This document shows positions 12,893-24,922 of a DNA stretch of 64,000 nt, in pieces. A program made the translations under genes and the position numbers. The notes beneath the pieces were generated by a model. The model was not told the origin of the DNA, did not search any database, and saw only the letters and a list, made by a program, of their open reading frames with translations. How positions within the stretch are numbered: position 1 is the first letter of the stretch; every line of letters begins with the position of its first letter. Source of the DNA: Fistulifera solaris (lineage: Eukaryota); assembly GCA_030295235.1 (NCBI GenBank), contig AP026172.1:496001-560000 (forward strand), in the 5' to 3' direction.

Positions 12893-13147
12893 AAAATACA
12901 GTTTCGGTATCAACGCGATCAAATAACTCGTGACTATTGAAAGAAACTGAGAGATCGGATCGGAATGGTTGGACTACTTCTCTACAGAGCATATTTGTAT
13001 TATCGATACGATGATTCATTATAAACTTTACTCTGCACTACATGATGTTATGAAATATATTCGAAATAAACCCTACCGAGATAGAAAAGGAAGCTTCCTT
13101 TTCGAGAACAGGCCAGGACGCCGACAAAATGAGAAACACACAAAGCG

Positions 13148-13947
13148 TTACGCTAGCACCGTGAATTCTCGTTTAAACAGGGTTCGTAACTTCTTGCGCG
13201 ATCGCGCCGAAAGCCGCATGGTTTTGCTGTGCGAGCGTTTCAAGCCCATCTTCTTATCCCAGTCATGAATGGACTGTTGCGTGTACTGACTGCGTTCCAT
13301 GGCTGCCCGGAAGGCTTGCACAATGTTCTGGACTTGAGTGGGATCGACGGGAGTGTCGTCGTTGACCTCGTTGTTGTCGTTGTCGTCGTCATCATCATCA
13401 TCCGTTTCGGCTTCCGTGACCAAGGTCGATTCGGTCTTCTTTTCGAGTTGGTCGGTCTCTTGGATCGCCTTTTCTTCTTCTTCGTCTTCTTTTCATCAAT
13501 CAAACTACTTGCGTCATCAAAATCGAGAAGTTCGAAATCGAGTTCGAAGGACCGTTCACTCGACTCACTGAAATCGGGTTTCATCGGGAGATCGTCGTAA
13601 AGACCCGACTTACAGGGCGTCACGATTGTTTTTCGTTTCTGGGGATCCTGCTTGAAAGGATATTTGCTACAGGATTTCATCTTCATGTCAAGATGATCCA
13701 AACTCGGCAGTTCGTAGACAGGACTGGTCCCACCCTGCGAGGGAAACATCTTGTCAATACTCGATCGACGATTGAAGACCAGTTTCTCAAATCCACAGTC
13801 GTTCGAAGTGTTTGACGTGTTTGAAGCATTCCATTTCAAGGGAGTAGTGGTACCATACTTCATTTGACTCAACAGTTCCCTTTGGGACTGGAGGAGTGCT
13901 TCAAATGCATGGTCGTTGGTCGTGTCTTTTCTCGATTGAATTTGCAT
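13148..13947 (-). CDS. Hypothetical protein with basic C-terminal domain (frameshift near 13490)
   Basis: Two ORFs join at an A-run to give an acidic linker and C-terminal AMERSQYTQQSIHDWDKKMGLKRSHSKTMRLSARSRKKL. Confidence 0.65.
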
Positions 13948-14871
13948 GGTCAGAATATCAAGAATAGGCAAGACGTCAAGAGCGAGCAAGTTGTGTAACG
14001 ATATTATTCCAAGCTGGGTGTTGTTTGGAATCGGAGACAAATAAATGGTTTGCTGGGTAGCAAATCGCACTTAAATGACAACAATAAAGAAAGAAAATGA
14101 ACCTCCGATGGCGTTTGGAGCCGCAGATATGCTTGTTAAGTGAAGGGGGAAACAACGCCATCCCGCAGCAGAAAAAATTTTTCACCCTTGAATCAAGGGC
14201 GCGACCGGGGCTTTCACAAACTTCCAGTAGTAAAATAGTCATGGGCATGACGGAAGACATTATTTTGAGACGCCCAGTATTGCCCTAAGTCATAAACATA
14301 TTGCGACCGGTTTACTTACTCTAATACGCGGCACAATCTTGTTTTGCAATACCACTATAAAGTAGATTCATTATAAAGTAATGGCTTTGAGTCTTTCAGA
14401 TATCTAGGACAAACATAAGCCCGAAATGGTCGTGTGTCTTGCTTGGTACTGCATGTTAGAGTCTTTTTTCGCAATTATGGAATGGAGGGCGTTGAAGTTA
14501 TTACAACGACAAGAAGTTACGATAAGATGTTTCATGTTTAACTTAAACTACAGGTCCGACAGCTTTCCTTTAAATGAAAAACACAATATGATTGCCGCAT
14601 AATTTCACGCATCATTTTAACGAGACGTGTTGGGTGGATTCCACGAATAAAGCAACGACAGTTCCCACTTAGCTTCCCACATCCTTTCATCAAGGCTTAA
14701 CGAGACAAGAGACAAGAGTCTTGCCACGAGTATACAGTGACAGAAACAGCTGGGAAAACCACAAACGTGCAAGAACCATGTCACACGATAAACACTTTAC
14801 TACGTATGATAGGTCGTGTGCGATTCGTTTCAGAGCACGTTTTCGCTTCAAAAATCTAAGAGTTTTCATTT

Positions 14872-16029
14872 TTAATCATTCGTTTTGCCTCTGGTTAAAA
14901 TTTCCCCAGTCGGCAGCATGAAACGAGTCGGTAATTCCCAGCCGATGATCGAAATGTCACCTTGCGCATCGTCCAATGCATCTAATGGGGCGTGACCGAA
15001 CCAATACAGGACAAGTCCGGGACCAAATCGATGAATATAGGATTCCGCCTGCGCCAAGACCGAAACACGATGCGTATCCACGTCTCCAAACAGTGCCTGA
15101 ACAGCCGAATGAGTCAACATGGCAGAGGCCAACAATCAACAAAACAGAATAGATTTACCTTGGAATCGATCCAATAAACTACTTTCCACTCGGTGCCATG
15201 TTTGGTAAAGACCTCGACGGACAGAGGGTAAGATAAGAGAATATCGGGCGTTCGAGAAGTACCGCGATGTCGTAGCTCTTTCTCTGTTTCAAACGGAATA
15301 TCTGAAAAACAACATTGTCAGTGGATCGCCAATGAAATCACGCAATAAATCATCGGTTCCTTACTTAATTCTTTGAGTTGATATTCGAGAAGAACTTCGT
15401 ACTCGACGCCGATGAGATGGCGCTGTCGGTCATGCGAAGGCCCGTACATGGGATCGCAGTCGATGGCTCGGAGTACTTCGGCAGCTAATCTGGTACAGTC
15501 TTCCATGTTCGAACCGACTTCTTCACTGAACTCGTATTGTTGTTTCAAGTCCTCTTTTGTTTTCAAAAAGGAAGCAGGATGTTTCATCGTGGCCGTCAAG
15601 GATTTTTTGTTGCCTCCGTGTCGCGAAATTTCTTCCACGAGAAAGCGACTCAATAGGTACGGCGGATAATTGACTTGCCAGGCGAGATCAACAATCGACT
15701 GACCTTCGCAATAGCGTTGAAGAATGCCCTTGAGTGTCGATTTGACGCGCGGAGCTGCTTTTTTAACGTGATGTAAATGAAGGTTTCGCAGAAACGACAC
15801 GAGAGACTGGAATGGTACAATAAGGTTCTTTGAGATAACCTACGAAGTTACCAAGCAACAATTCTTTCTGACTCACATCGTATGGAAAGCCGTATTTTGT
15901 TTCCAAATTCAAGAGTTCTTCGTGAAATTTGACGCTGTCAAACAAGAAGTCCTGACCTTCAGAGACACTGTTTCGGAGCAGTTTTTCTACGGTTCCATAG
16001 TGTCTATGCTCCGGTAAAGGAGAATCCAT
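14872..16029 (-). CDS. CDIN1: CDAN1-interacting nuclease 1 (C15orf41-like, PD-(D/E)XK fold); introns 15097-15158, 15302-15364, 15807-15876
   Basis: Spliced product has NYPPYLLSR, GVEYEVLL, FETEKELR..SRTPDILL, WIDSK|ALFG and YIHRFGPGLVLYWFG. Confidence 0.85.
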
Positions 16030-16412
16030 ATCGGCGTGGTTGATATTGTTACGGTATTTTGTGTCAAATAGTTCTTTCTTTAAAGAATTGCAGGATGGTG
16101 ATATTTGATGAATGACGAGCGCGACGATTGTTCAAGCCAAATAATAAGTCAAGCAACACAAAAAAAGCATTGATGCGAAACGCTCCATAAAATTAGGAAT
16201 AATAATTGGTTATAGCAAAAGAAAGACCATTGGAGATAGCGTTACTTTTTCTTTTCATTTTGGTTGTTCCATATTACGGAGTGAGTAGTAGAATGTGTCG
16301 TATCGGCTCGATGTTGTTTTACGGCGAGGCGGTGCAGTTTTATCGCGTTCGACGACCGAAAACCGCGAACACGACGACTACCGTACCTTTTTAATCGCTT
16401 ATTGGAGCGATT

Positions 16413-17146
16413 ATGCTTGTTTCGGCCTTGAAAACATCTCCTCGAACAAACTATTCATGTCTCTACCCTATCATATTGAACATTCACCACGGACGTAGTT
16501 GGAAAGATGTCGGTTGGCAAACACATCCCAGCTCTTTTCTTTTCACGGCGGCTTTGATGTTTGCGTTGTTTCGATGCAAAGACATGATACTAGCCAGTCA
16601 CAATGAATCGACCGAAACCGTTGTTCCAGCTGTGCCGTTGCGAGTTGTTACATCAGAAGAATTAGCTACGAAGACCGCACAGCACGGCGATGGCCAAGTC
16701 CTGTGGCTCTCGGTCATGGGGGAAGTCTTTGATGTCTCGAAAGGTCGGGAATTCTATGCCGAAGGTGGATATTCCGTCTTTGCGGGTCGAGATGGCAGCG
16801 TCCCTTTGTAACGGGAAAGTTCACTCCCGAAGAAGCCGAGAAATCCATCGAGATTTTAGAACCAGCACAGCTCAAAGCATTGGATGACTGGCGGGCATTT
16901 TATGTGAAAGAAGAAAAGTATCCACAAATTGGTTGGCTGGAAGGTTATTTGTATGACAAGGAAGGAAATCCTTCCGAATTGCTGCAAAAGGTACGGAAAA
17001 TAGTAGACGAACAAAAGTTGGTAGCCAAAGATAAAGAAGCCGAACGACAAGAGAAAATCAAGGCACGGAAAGAAAGAAAAGAAAAGGAAAAAAGCCGAAA
17101 AGGAGCGGAAACAGAAGTGGCAACAGGAACAAGCACAAAAAGCTAG
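16413..17146 (+). CDS. Cytochrome b5-like heme/steroid-binding (MAPR/neuferricin-like) protein; frameshift near 16805; start uncertain
   Basis: LWLSVMGEVFDVSKGREFY..GGYSVFAGRDGSVPFVTG (after +1 correction), then W..FY..KYPQIG; N-terminal TM. Confidence 0.85.
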
Positions 17147-17798
17147 CGGTGAACGAAAAGACACGGAACTTTGACCTCGTTAGTTGACTAGAGAACCAGA
17201 TCAGAAGTTGTGCTATGGAAAGCCGGTGAAAGACTTTCTTTAAGAATTATCGTTTTTTCATTTTGTCGTCATTTCATTAGTTATATGCGCAGTGACCTAC
17301 AGCGACAATTATCAAGACACTTTTTAGAATAATCCTTCGTCACCTATCTCTAGAGTGCTCGCTTCAAGCGATCACCAGAGAGAGCTCGGAGAGCTACATG
17401 GTGGAGATTGGAAGTTGCGTGACGTCATTATGACGCAGTATTGATGGATGTTGGGTACATCGCACCGAAACCAACAAGTAGGAACGTGCATCATAGACTC
17501 TGGACCATAGAGTGCAATCGGCGAGGGAACGATAAAATGCTGTGCTGGGCTGACGCGAACCCTTGATAAAAATAGCCATCAAGACGTTCCTCGCACCTCT
17601 CTCTCGACATGGTACATGGTTGATGGTCCTCGTGAAAGAGATTCGATGTGTGATGAATTAACACGAAAGTACTTCTTACAACCTTAGTATCAATTTAGCG
17701 CGACAAGAATCTTTTTTATAAGAAAGAAATACCGCAGGCACGCTGGAAAAACATTGAGTAGCGCTCGATACCTTCCAATTTACGATCTAACAAAAACA

Positions 17799-19207
17799 AT
17801 GACTATCTCCGATCCTTTCGGATTGGCTTCCGATGATTGCTGTTCACCGGTGCACCGGATGCTGTGGGCTTATGTAAAGGAATATTTTTACTCGGTCTGT
17901 GGTATTGCGTTGACATCGGTTGTCGTGGGTGGTTTTCTTTACGCGAGAAATTCGAGGAGGAGGAAATCTCTCGCTCGCGAGCTCGAAGATGCACGAGCGA
18001 AACTGCATTACTTGCAAGAGAAATTGCTGCGGGAAGAAGAAGACTCAACGAACAAGGAAAAGAAGAAAAAGAAAGAAATTAGAATATTCATTGATGGGGC
18101 GTTTGACATGCTTCATTTTGGCCACATGAATGCGTTCCGATTGGCTCGATCGCTCGGCACGAAACTCATCGTAGGTGTCAACTCGGATGACTCTATCACT
18201 CAGTGCAAAGGTTCACCCTTGATGAGTGAAGAGGATAGAATTGTTATGGTATCTGCCTGCAAATTCGTTGACGAAGTTGTTCCGAACTGCCCTTATATTA
18301 TGAATGAACAATATCTGGACTGGGTCATCAAAACCTACAACATTGACTATGTCGTCCACGGATCGGACTTATGCATTGTGGATGGAAAAGATGTTTACAA
18401 AGCTGCGAAAAAGACCGGAAAATACCGCAGCATACCTCGAACGGAAGGAGTTTCGACGACGGATATCGTTGGACGTATGTTGCTGTTGACGAAGCAACAT
18501 CACTACCAAAACGTCGACGACGAAGCAACCGATAGTTGTAAGCAAGAATCTGCGAGTCGTCAATCCAAATTTCTGACGACCAGTCGTATGTTGCAGCTGT
18601 TTAGCGCTGGTGTTCATGCACCAAAACCTGGTCAAAGGGTAGTGTATGTGGATGGAGCATGGGACCTTTTCCATCCTGGTCACGTTTCCTTTCTGAAAGA
18701 AGCGAAAAAGGTGAGTCAAGGTTATTCCTATTTTAAAACCGTTGATTAAAGTCGTTGTTCTAACAACTTCTTTGTCGCACACAGAGAGGTGACTATTTGC
18801 TGGTCGGAGTTCATGGTGATAACGCAGTGAATAGACAACGAGGCGGAAACCTGCCGCTTATGAATCTTCACGAAAGAGTCCTAGCTGTTTTAGGGTGCAG
18901 ATATGTGAACGACGTTGTGATTGATGCACCCTACAATATTACACAAGAAATGGTCCAAAGTCTGAACATTTCCGAGGTGATAAGAGGCTCGTGCAGTGAC
19001 GATTTAACTCTCGCGAAAGACGACACGATGCGTTATGAGGTGCCCATAAATTTGAACATGTTCACAGTCATTACGAGTTCCAACTCTTTCAACATTCACA
19101 ACATTATTCGGCGGATTCAGAAGAACCACGACTCTTTTCAAAAGCGGTTTGAGTGCAAGCAAGAAGCAGAGAACGAGTTCTACCGTAGCCAAGCCTCGTC
19201 CCGCTGA
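17799..19207 (+). CDS. PCYT2: Ethanolamine-phosphate cytidylyltransferase (two CTP_transf domains, N-terminal TM); intron 18711-18784
   Basis: DGAFDMLHFGH, RTEGVSTTDIVGR, DGAWDLFHPGH and PLMNLHER motifs. Confidence 0.93.
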
Positions 19208-19500
19208 CCAAGCTCATGAGCTAATTCAAAGCTTGCGCTTGGACTGAACTTCTTGTTTCATCGATATTTTCTATTGTTGTATTTAATCAGCATGATGAGG
19301 AGTTCTAATCGTAATTAGTATTTAGGTTATTATTAATAGGTCAAGGGGTAGTTTAGTGTGGCAGTTTTAATATCTAGCCTGCCAGGTCGGTTGTGACAGC
19401 TTTATAATCAACAAGAATTGAACATGCATCACGTTTGTGTGCTACCAATGTGAAATCTCTTGTTTTTGTGGGCTGCTATTGGCATCGTTCGATCAAGCAT

Positions 19501-21414
19501 TTAGTCTCGTCGCGTTTGCTGTTTTTGTTTGTGACGTTTTCTAGGCGGTCCCTTGCTGGAGCTCCCGGCTCGTCGCTTTTCCTCGACAGCATCCGTTCGC
19601 CGGTGTGGATTCCATTCTACTTCTTCCGTGGAGCTGCCATGTTGCGAAACAGAAGAGGTATCCGTCACAGTGGGCACTCGACTGGCACTTTGTCCCAAGG
19701 TGACCCGAAGGCCCGTCCCGGCTTGTTCTTCATCTTGTGATTGCAGAGCCTTCAGATAAGACTCTTTCAACGAGGACAAAAAACCAACTAATATGGAACC
19801 ATCGGTTTGATTCTCGTCGTTGCTTTCTTGCCATGAAGATCGTTCCGGAAGAGACGAAGATACCGGGTTTTGAAGTGACGGAACAGATTCCTTTACAGGT
19901 GGAAGTTTTGACGCGATGGACAGCGGTTGGTTGGTGCGCTGCCCATGCGTTGACGAAGGTGCCAAAGGTTGCCCGAGGGATGACACGTGCATGTCATAAA
20001 CGTTCTTTAGTTGACTGAAAAATGGATTTGTCGCGTTTGGGTTCTTGCCTTGTGAATTTGTATCTATAAAAGTAGGCGCGATACCTTGGGTGCTGTGCGA
20101 CGTTGTATGGGCGTACGACGGCGGATTAGGCATTTGTGGTAGCGAGATCGAAGTGACTGGCATTTGTGACGATTGCGCCATTTGGGTAAAAAAGAGGTGG
20201 GGCAGCTACTTGATTCGCAGTGATCCCGGCTTGAGATTGTGGAGCCACTGACGCGGCACCAAGAAGGCTGGCAATAATCGGTAGAAGCGCAGCAGAAGCA
20301 TTGGTGTTGTTTGTTTGATATGAAACAGCACCAGGCGTGGCCGGAATGCCAGCTGTGGCTAGTAACTGTGCCAAAAGAGGGAGGAGGTTGGCAGCAGTCT
20401 GGTTTTGAGCAAGAAGAAGTTTTGCAAGTTCGAGTGCATTTGATTGCTGCTGCGGCCTGGAAGCAGAAGAGAAAGTAATGTGAGTATTAACACGACTTAT
20501 CTCTGCGAACGTCTAGACGTTAACTCACATCGAAGGAGCGGGTTGGTTTTGGAACACGCTTGCTGCATTTGAATGATTCCAGGAAGGAGGAGCGGGATTT
20601 TGGTTGTGTGTTTCAGAGGATAGCCTAGTGGTGCTTGCAAGACTGTTAAAAGCATTTTGTAACCCCATTGCTGAATTCATTTGATCAAGCATCTGCGTCA
20701 CATTTGAATGCGTCGTTAATGGTACTGCATCATCTTGCGCACTGGTGGATGAAAATGGAAGACCAGAGTATCCCTCTTCGACTCGCATTCTAAATCGATG
20801 CTCCAAGTCGTCCAGCTGAGTTCTCGCAAGCTGAATTTCTCCTATTGTTGGCGGAGCGTGCTCGCGGTATTGGTAGGCTCGTCTTCCTAGACAAGCCGCC
20901 CCAGCGTATTTTTGGTGATCCTCATGGGATCACAGTTGAGCTTTTCCGCCAGGTAAGAGCGCAGGGTGTGTCCTTCAGGTAGGATTAGCAAACCTGTACT
21001 AAAATAATGGATGATGCGGGACGTGTACTCCTCTTCCTCCGGCTACAGACGAATATATATTAGCTACTGTTTAGGAAGTGACGAAGCATCATGACGCTGA
21101 CAACTTACCGTCCATTTTCCTTTTCGAAGCATCGATCTTTCTTTCGCACTGATGCCTTTCTTCTTCTTTGGTAACTTTAAAGTAGAAGAGCCGTCTTTGC
21201 CCACACTAGCCTCCTCCTCGTCCGCCGATATATCTGAAGTCTGAGACGAGCTCGCAATCGGAGGGCCATCCTCTAAATGTGTTCTTGTCATTCCTTGAAA
21301 CTCCACTGTCCTCGAAACCACCGGATTCGATGGCCCACACTTCCGTTGCAAAGGCTCTGCTGCTGATCCTGATTCCTCTTCAGACACTTGAGCTGTCTCA
21401 TTTAAATCGGACAT
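19501..21414 (-). CDS. Hypothetical protein with Myb-like GKWT domain and low-complexity tail; introns 20457-20528 and 21043-21108; frameshifts near 20910 and 20190
   Basis: Spliced LRKGKWTPEEEEYTSRIIHYFSTGLLILPEGHTLRSYLAEKLNCDPMRITKKYAG, followed by Q/S/A/P-rich regions. Confidence 0.75.
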
Positions 21415-21779
21415 GGTGTGGTGATGAAAAATGAAATGATTTTTTGGAAGGGTTTGTCGTTGTTACCCTTGATCACAGGCATTTCTTCAACTCCAATGTG
21501 ATTGCACACGGTAATTTCCAACATAACGTGTTTCCATCTTGCACAAGAAACACACCGCAATCGCCGTCCTCAAACTAAAGAACGAACCAAAGTTTGCAGT
21601 TTCAGACTCAGGAACAGAATGTACTCCACTTCTTACATCAGAAACAAATTAAAGTACTCACTAGGTACGTCATTTTGAATGTTTCTTTTTTTTAATTGTG
21701 TATTCTACAGAAGGTTTCTGAATGAAGTAAGTACGCACAACGATGAGGTAGGAAACTCAGATCTGACGTATGAGACTGA

Positions 21780-21972
21780 GGGCCATTTCCAACCGGAAGT
21801 TTCGTATTTCGTATTTTCGTATTTCGCGCGGTCGCGCACACTCCCTATTTGCCCAAACGGAAGGGAAATGAATAATAGGGAAGTTATCGCCTGTCATTTT
21901 CTCCGTAAAATCTTGGATACGATCGCAAAATACGAAAATAAGAAATACGGAACTGCCGGTTAGAAATGGCAC
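21780..21972. mobile_element. Degenerate MITE, PIF/Harbinger (Tourist)-like
   Basis: 49-bp terminal inverted repeats (21780-21828 and 21924-21972, 6 mismatches) starting GGGCCATTTC; flanked by TGA and TAA; non-coding. Confidence 0.7.
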
Positions 21973-22347
21973 TAATGTTTAAGCCGGGTGCCGGTTGAAA
22001 ACCGTCAATTGGCGCTGTAAGAAAAAGTGTACGATTTGATGGTAGTGATACACGTCGGACAGTGTGCGTTGTCCGTTTCCCAAACCAAAACGAGGTGATA
22101 TTAAGGTACTAGGAGTCGAAAACTGTTAGAGTTAGAGCTACATTTGTAAAACCGGGTCCTCCTTGGTTTCGTACGTCCAGCGTTCGACTGGAACACACAA
22201 AGAACTGCAAGCCAACCAAAACATCGACCGCGCCGACGAAACCGGAGAACCAAAGTTTTCTTCATTCCAATTCAATGTTAAAAAAAAGCAGATTGCTTTG
22301 AATTCAGGTTACGTTTTCTGGTGCTATTCTTTCTTAATTAGTCAAGC

Positions 22348-24518
22348 ATGCCCGTGTACAACTTCAAGTCGATGAATCCAGTGCCGGCGGCAGCGGAGCT
22401 GATCGACATTGTCCTCATGAGGACTCAACGAAGAACCCCAACAGTTATTCACCCTGGATACAAGATCACACGTATTCGATCATTCTAGTAAGTTTATCTA
22501 TGTGTTAAGGCGTGTTTTATGAATATTTTTACTGACGGAGACTTCACAACGATCCCAACAGTATGAGAAAGATCAAGTTTACGCAACAAACCATCTCGGA
22601 ACGTCTGAGTAACATTCTGACAGACTTTCCTCGCCTGAACGACATTCACCCTTTTTATGCCGATCTATGCAATACGCTTTATGATCGCGATCATTACAAA
22701 TTGGCTCTTGGTCAGATTAATACTGCTCGCTCATTGGTTGACTCGATTGCGCGTGACATGCTCCGCATGGTCAAATATGGAGATTCGCTCTACCGGTGCA
22801 AATGTCTCAAGCGTGCAGCGTTGGGACGAATGTGCACCGTTCTCAAGCGCCAAAAGGCTTCTTTGGCATATTTGGAAGAAGTTCGAAAGCATTTGTCGCG
22901 TTTGCCCGCGATTGATCCCAACACTCGAACCTTGCTCATGTGCGGGTTGCCCAACGTGGGCAAGTCGAGCTTCATGAACAAGATCACGCGAGGCAATGTC
23001 GATGTTCAGCCGTATGCTTTTACAACAAAGTCTCTCTTTGTTGGTCACTGCGATTACAAATACTTGCGTTGGCAGGTTATCGACACTCCTGGTATTCTGG
23101 ACCATCCTTTGGAGGAGCGCAATACCATTGAAATGCAGGCTATTATTGCTCTTGCACACTTGACATGCAGTGTATTGTATTTTGTTGACATTTCGGAGCA
23201 GTGTGGATACACCATTGAACAGCAGTGCTCCTTGTTCCGCAGTATCAAGCCGTTGTTTGCGAACAAGCAGCTCATTGTGGTGGTCAATAAGGTCGACCAG
23301 CAACCCTGGGAGACTCTTGACCCGGTCAAGAAAGACATGGTTGAAGACCTAGTTAAAGAATCTAACTGCTCCTTGATGACAATGTCCAACATTTCGGAAC
23401 ATGGCGTTTCGGAGGTCAAGATGGCAGCGTGCGACAAATTGTTGGAATCTCGAGTCGACTCCCGTATTGCGGGCAAGAAGATTGATGGCGTCATGAATCG
23501 TCTGCAAGTCTTCTACCCGAAACCTCGTGACCATGTCAAGAGAGAAGCCTATGTTCCGGAGTCCGTCTTGAACAACAAGTCCAGCGTCCCACAGCGCTCA
23601 CGTGTCGGATATGCTCCGACCGTCAACGATGATGATGATGATGACGATATGGACATGCACGAAACGCCGAAACTAGCCCGCGAGCTCATGTGGGAAAACG
23701 GCGGCCCCGGTGTGTGGGCTCCGGATTACCGCGATATTTACGATCTCAAGGATGATTCGTGGAAATACGACGCCATCCCCGAGATTATTGACGGCAAGAA
23801 TATTGCCGATTTTGTCGATCCGGATATTCTCCGCAAATTGGAAGAGTTGGAACGAGAAGAAGAACAGATTGTATCGGAATTGGAAGCGGCCAAGATGGGC
23901 GAGGAACCGGAGTCCGATTTGGACAGTGAAGAAGAAGCGGCGGTAGAAGCTATCCGCGAGCGCAAAAAGACAATCAAGATGATGAAATTAGCCAACAAAA
24001 GCCGCAATAAACCCGTTGTGCCACTGGAAATTCGCGGTAAATCCAAAGACAAACACGACAAGGGAGCCCTCGATGGTCAGGAAATCAAGAAGAAACTCGA
24101 TAGTTTGGGCATTGAATCCGATAAGATTGTCGAGAGAGGACGCAAAATGGCGGAAGAGCGCGGCCGCAAGAGAGAAAGGTCCGGAAGCCGCTTGCGTGGA
24201 GCACAAGAAGATGCCGAGATGGAAGACGTTGTTGACACGGAAGGTATGAGCAACAAACAACTAAAGAAGGTGAAGAAAGACCAACAAAATGCCAAGAAGG
24301 ACGAATTGAGTCGGGCACGTAGCCATTCTCGTCCCCGAGAACCCTCTCAAATGGGTTTGAAGGACGAAAAATCGGTGGACATTGCTCTGAAATTGGAGCG
24401 TGAAGGTCGAAAGGCGTGGGTGGGAGGCGCCGGAGAAGGAGATCAACGGAAGGCCGTCCATCTTGTGAAATGGTGTAACACGGGCAAGAAAAGAAACGGA
24501 ACCCATTATCAGAGATAA
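22348..24518 (+). CDS. NOG1: Nucleolar GTP-binding protein 1; intron 22488-22561
   Basis: [65 protein letters not shown] and NOGCT region. Confidence 0.97.
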
Positions 24519-24922
24519 GTTGAATGGTTTGAAAGTTTAATTAGCTGTTATGGCTCAATAGACGAAGTTCGAACCCAATCATGCATGTCGACTTATCTAT
24601 TACTTCGTTCCTCGATCGTTTGCTCTAACTAGGTACCGCTTTATTTCTTTGTACTTCTTCTCCTAAGAGTGTATTTAAGCGTTAGGACATTGCATTCGTA
24701 CACGACCGCCAACCGCTGCGTCAGCACGTCGTCACGCCTCATCCGCCGACGCGACGCGATAAAAGGCGAAGCAGACTCTTCACACCACCCAAAGCAAATT
24801 GCGCGATAACAAAACAGATAATAATATTGTCCGTTTCCGATGCATAGAGTTCCTTTTTCTTACGATACAATGCTGATTTGAAATTTCAATTACACAAATC
24901 AATTAATAATACACATTTGACC

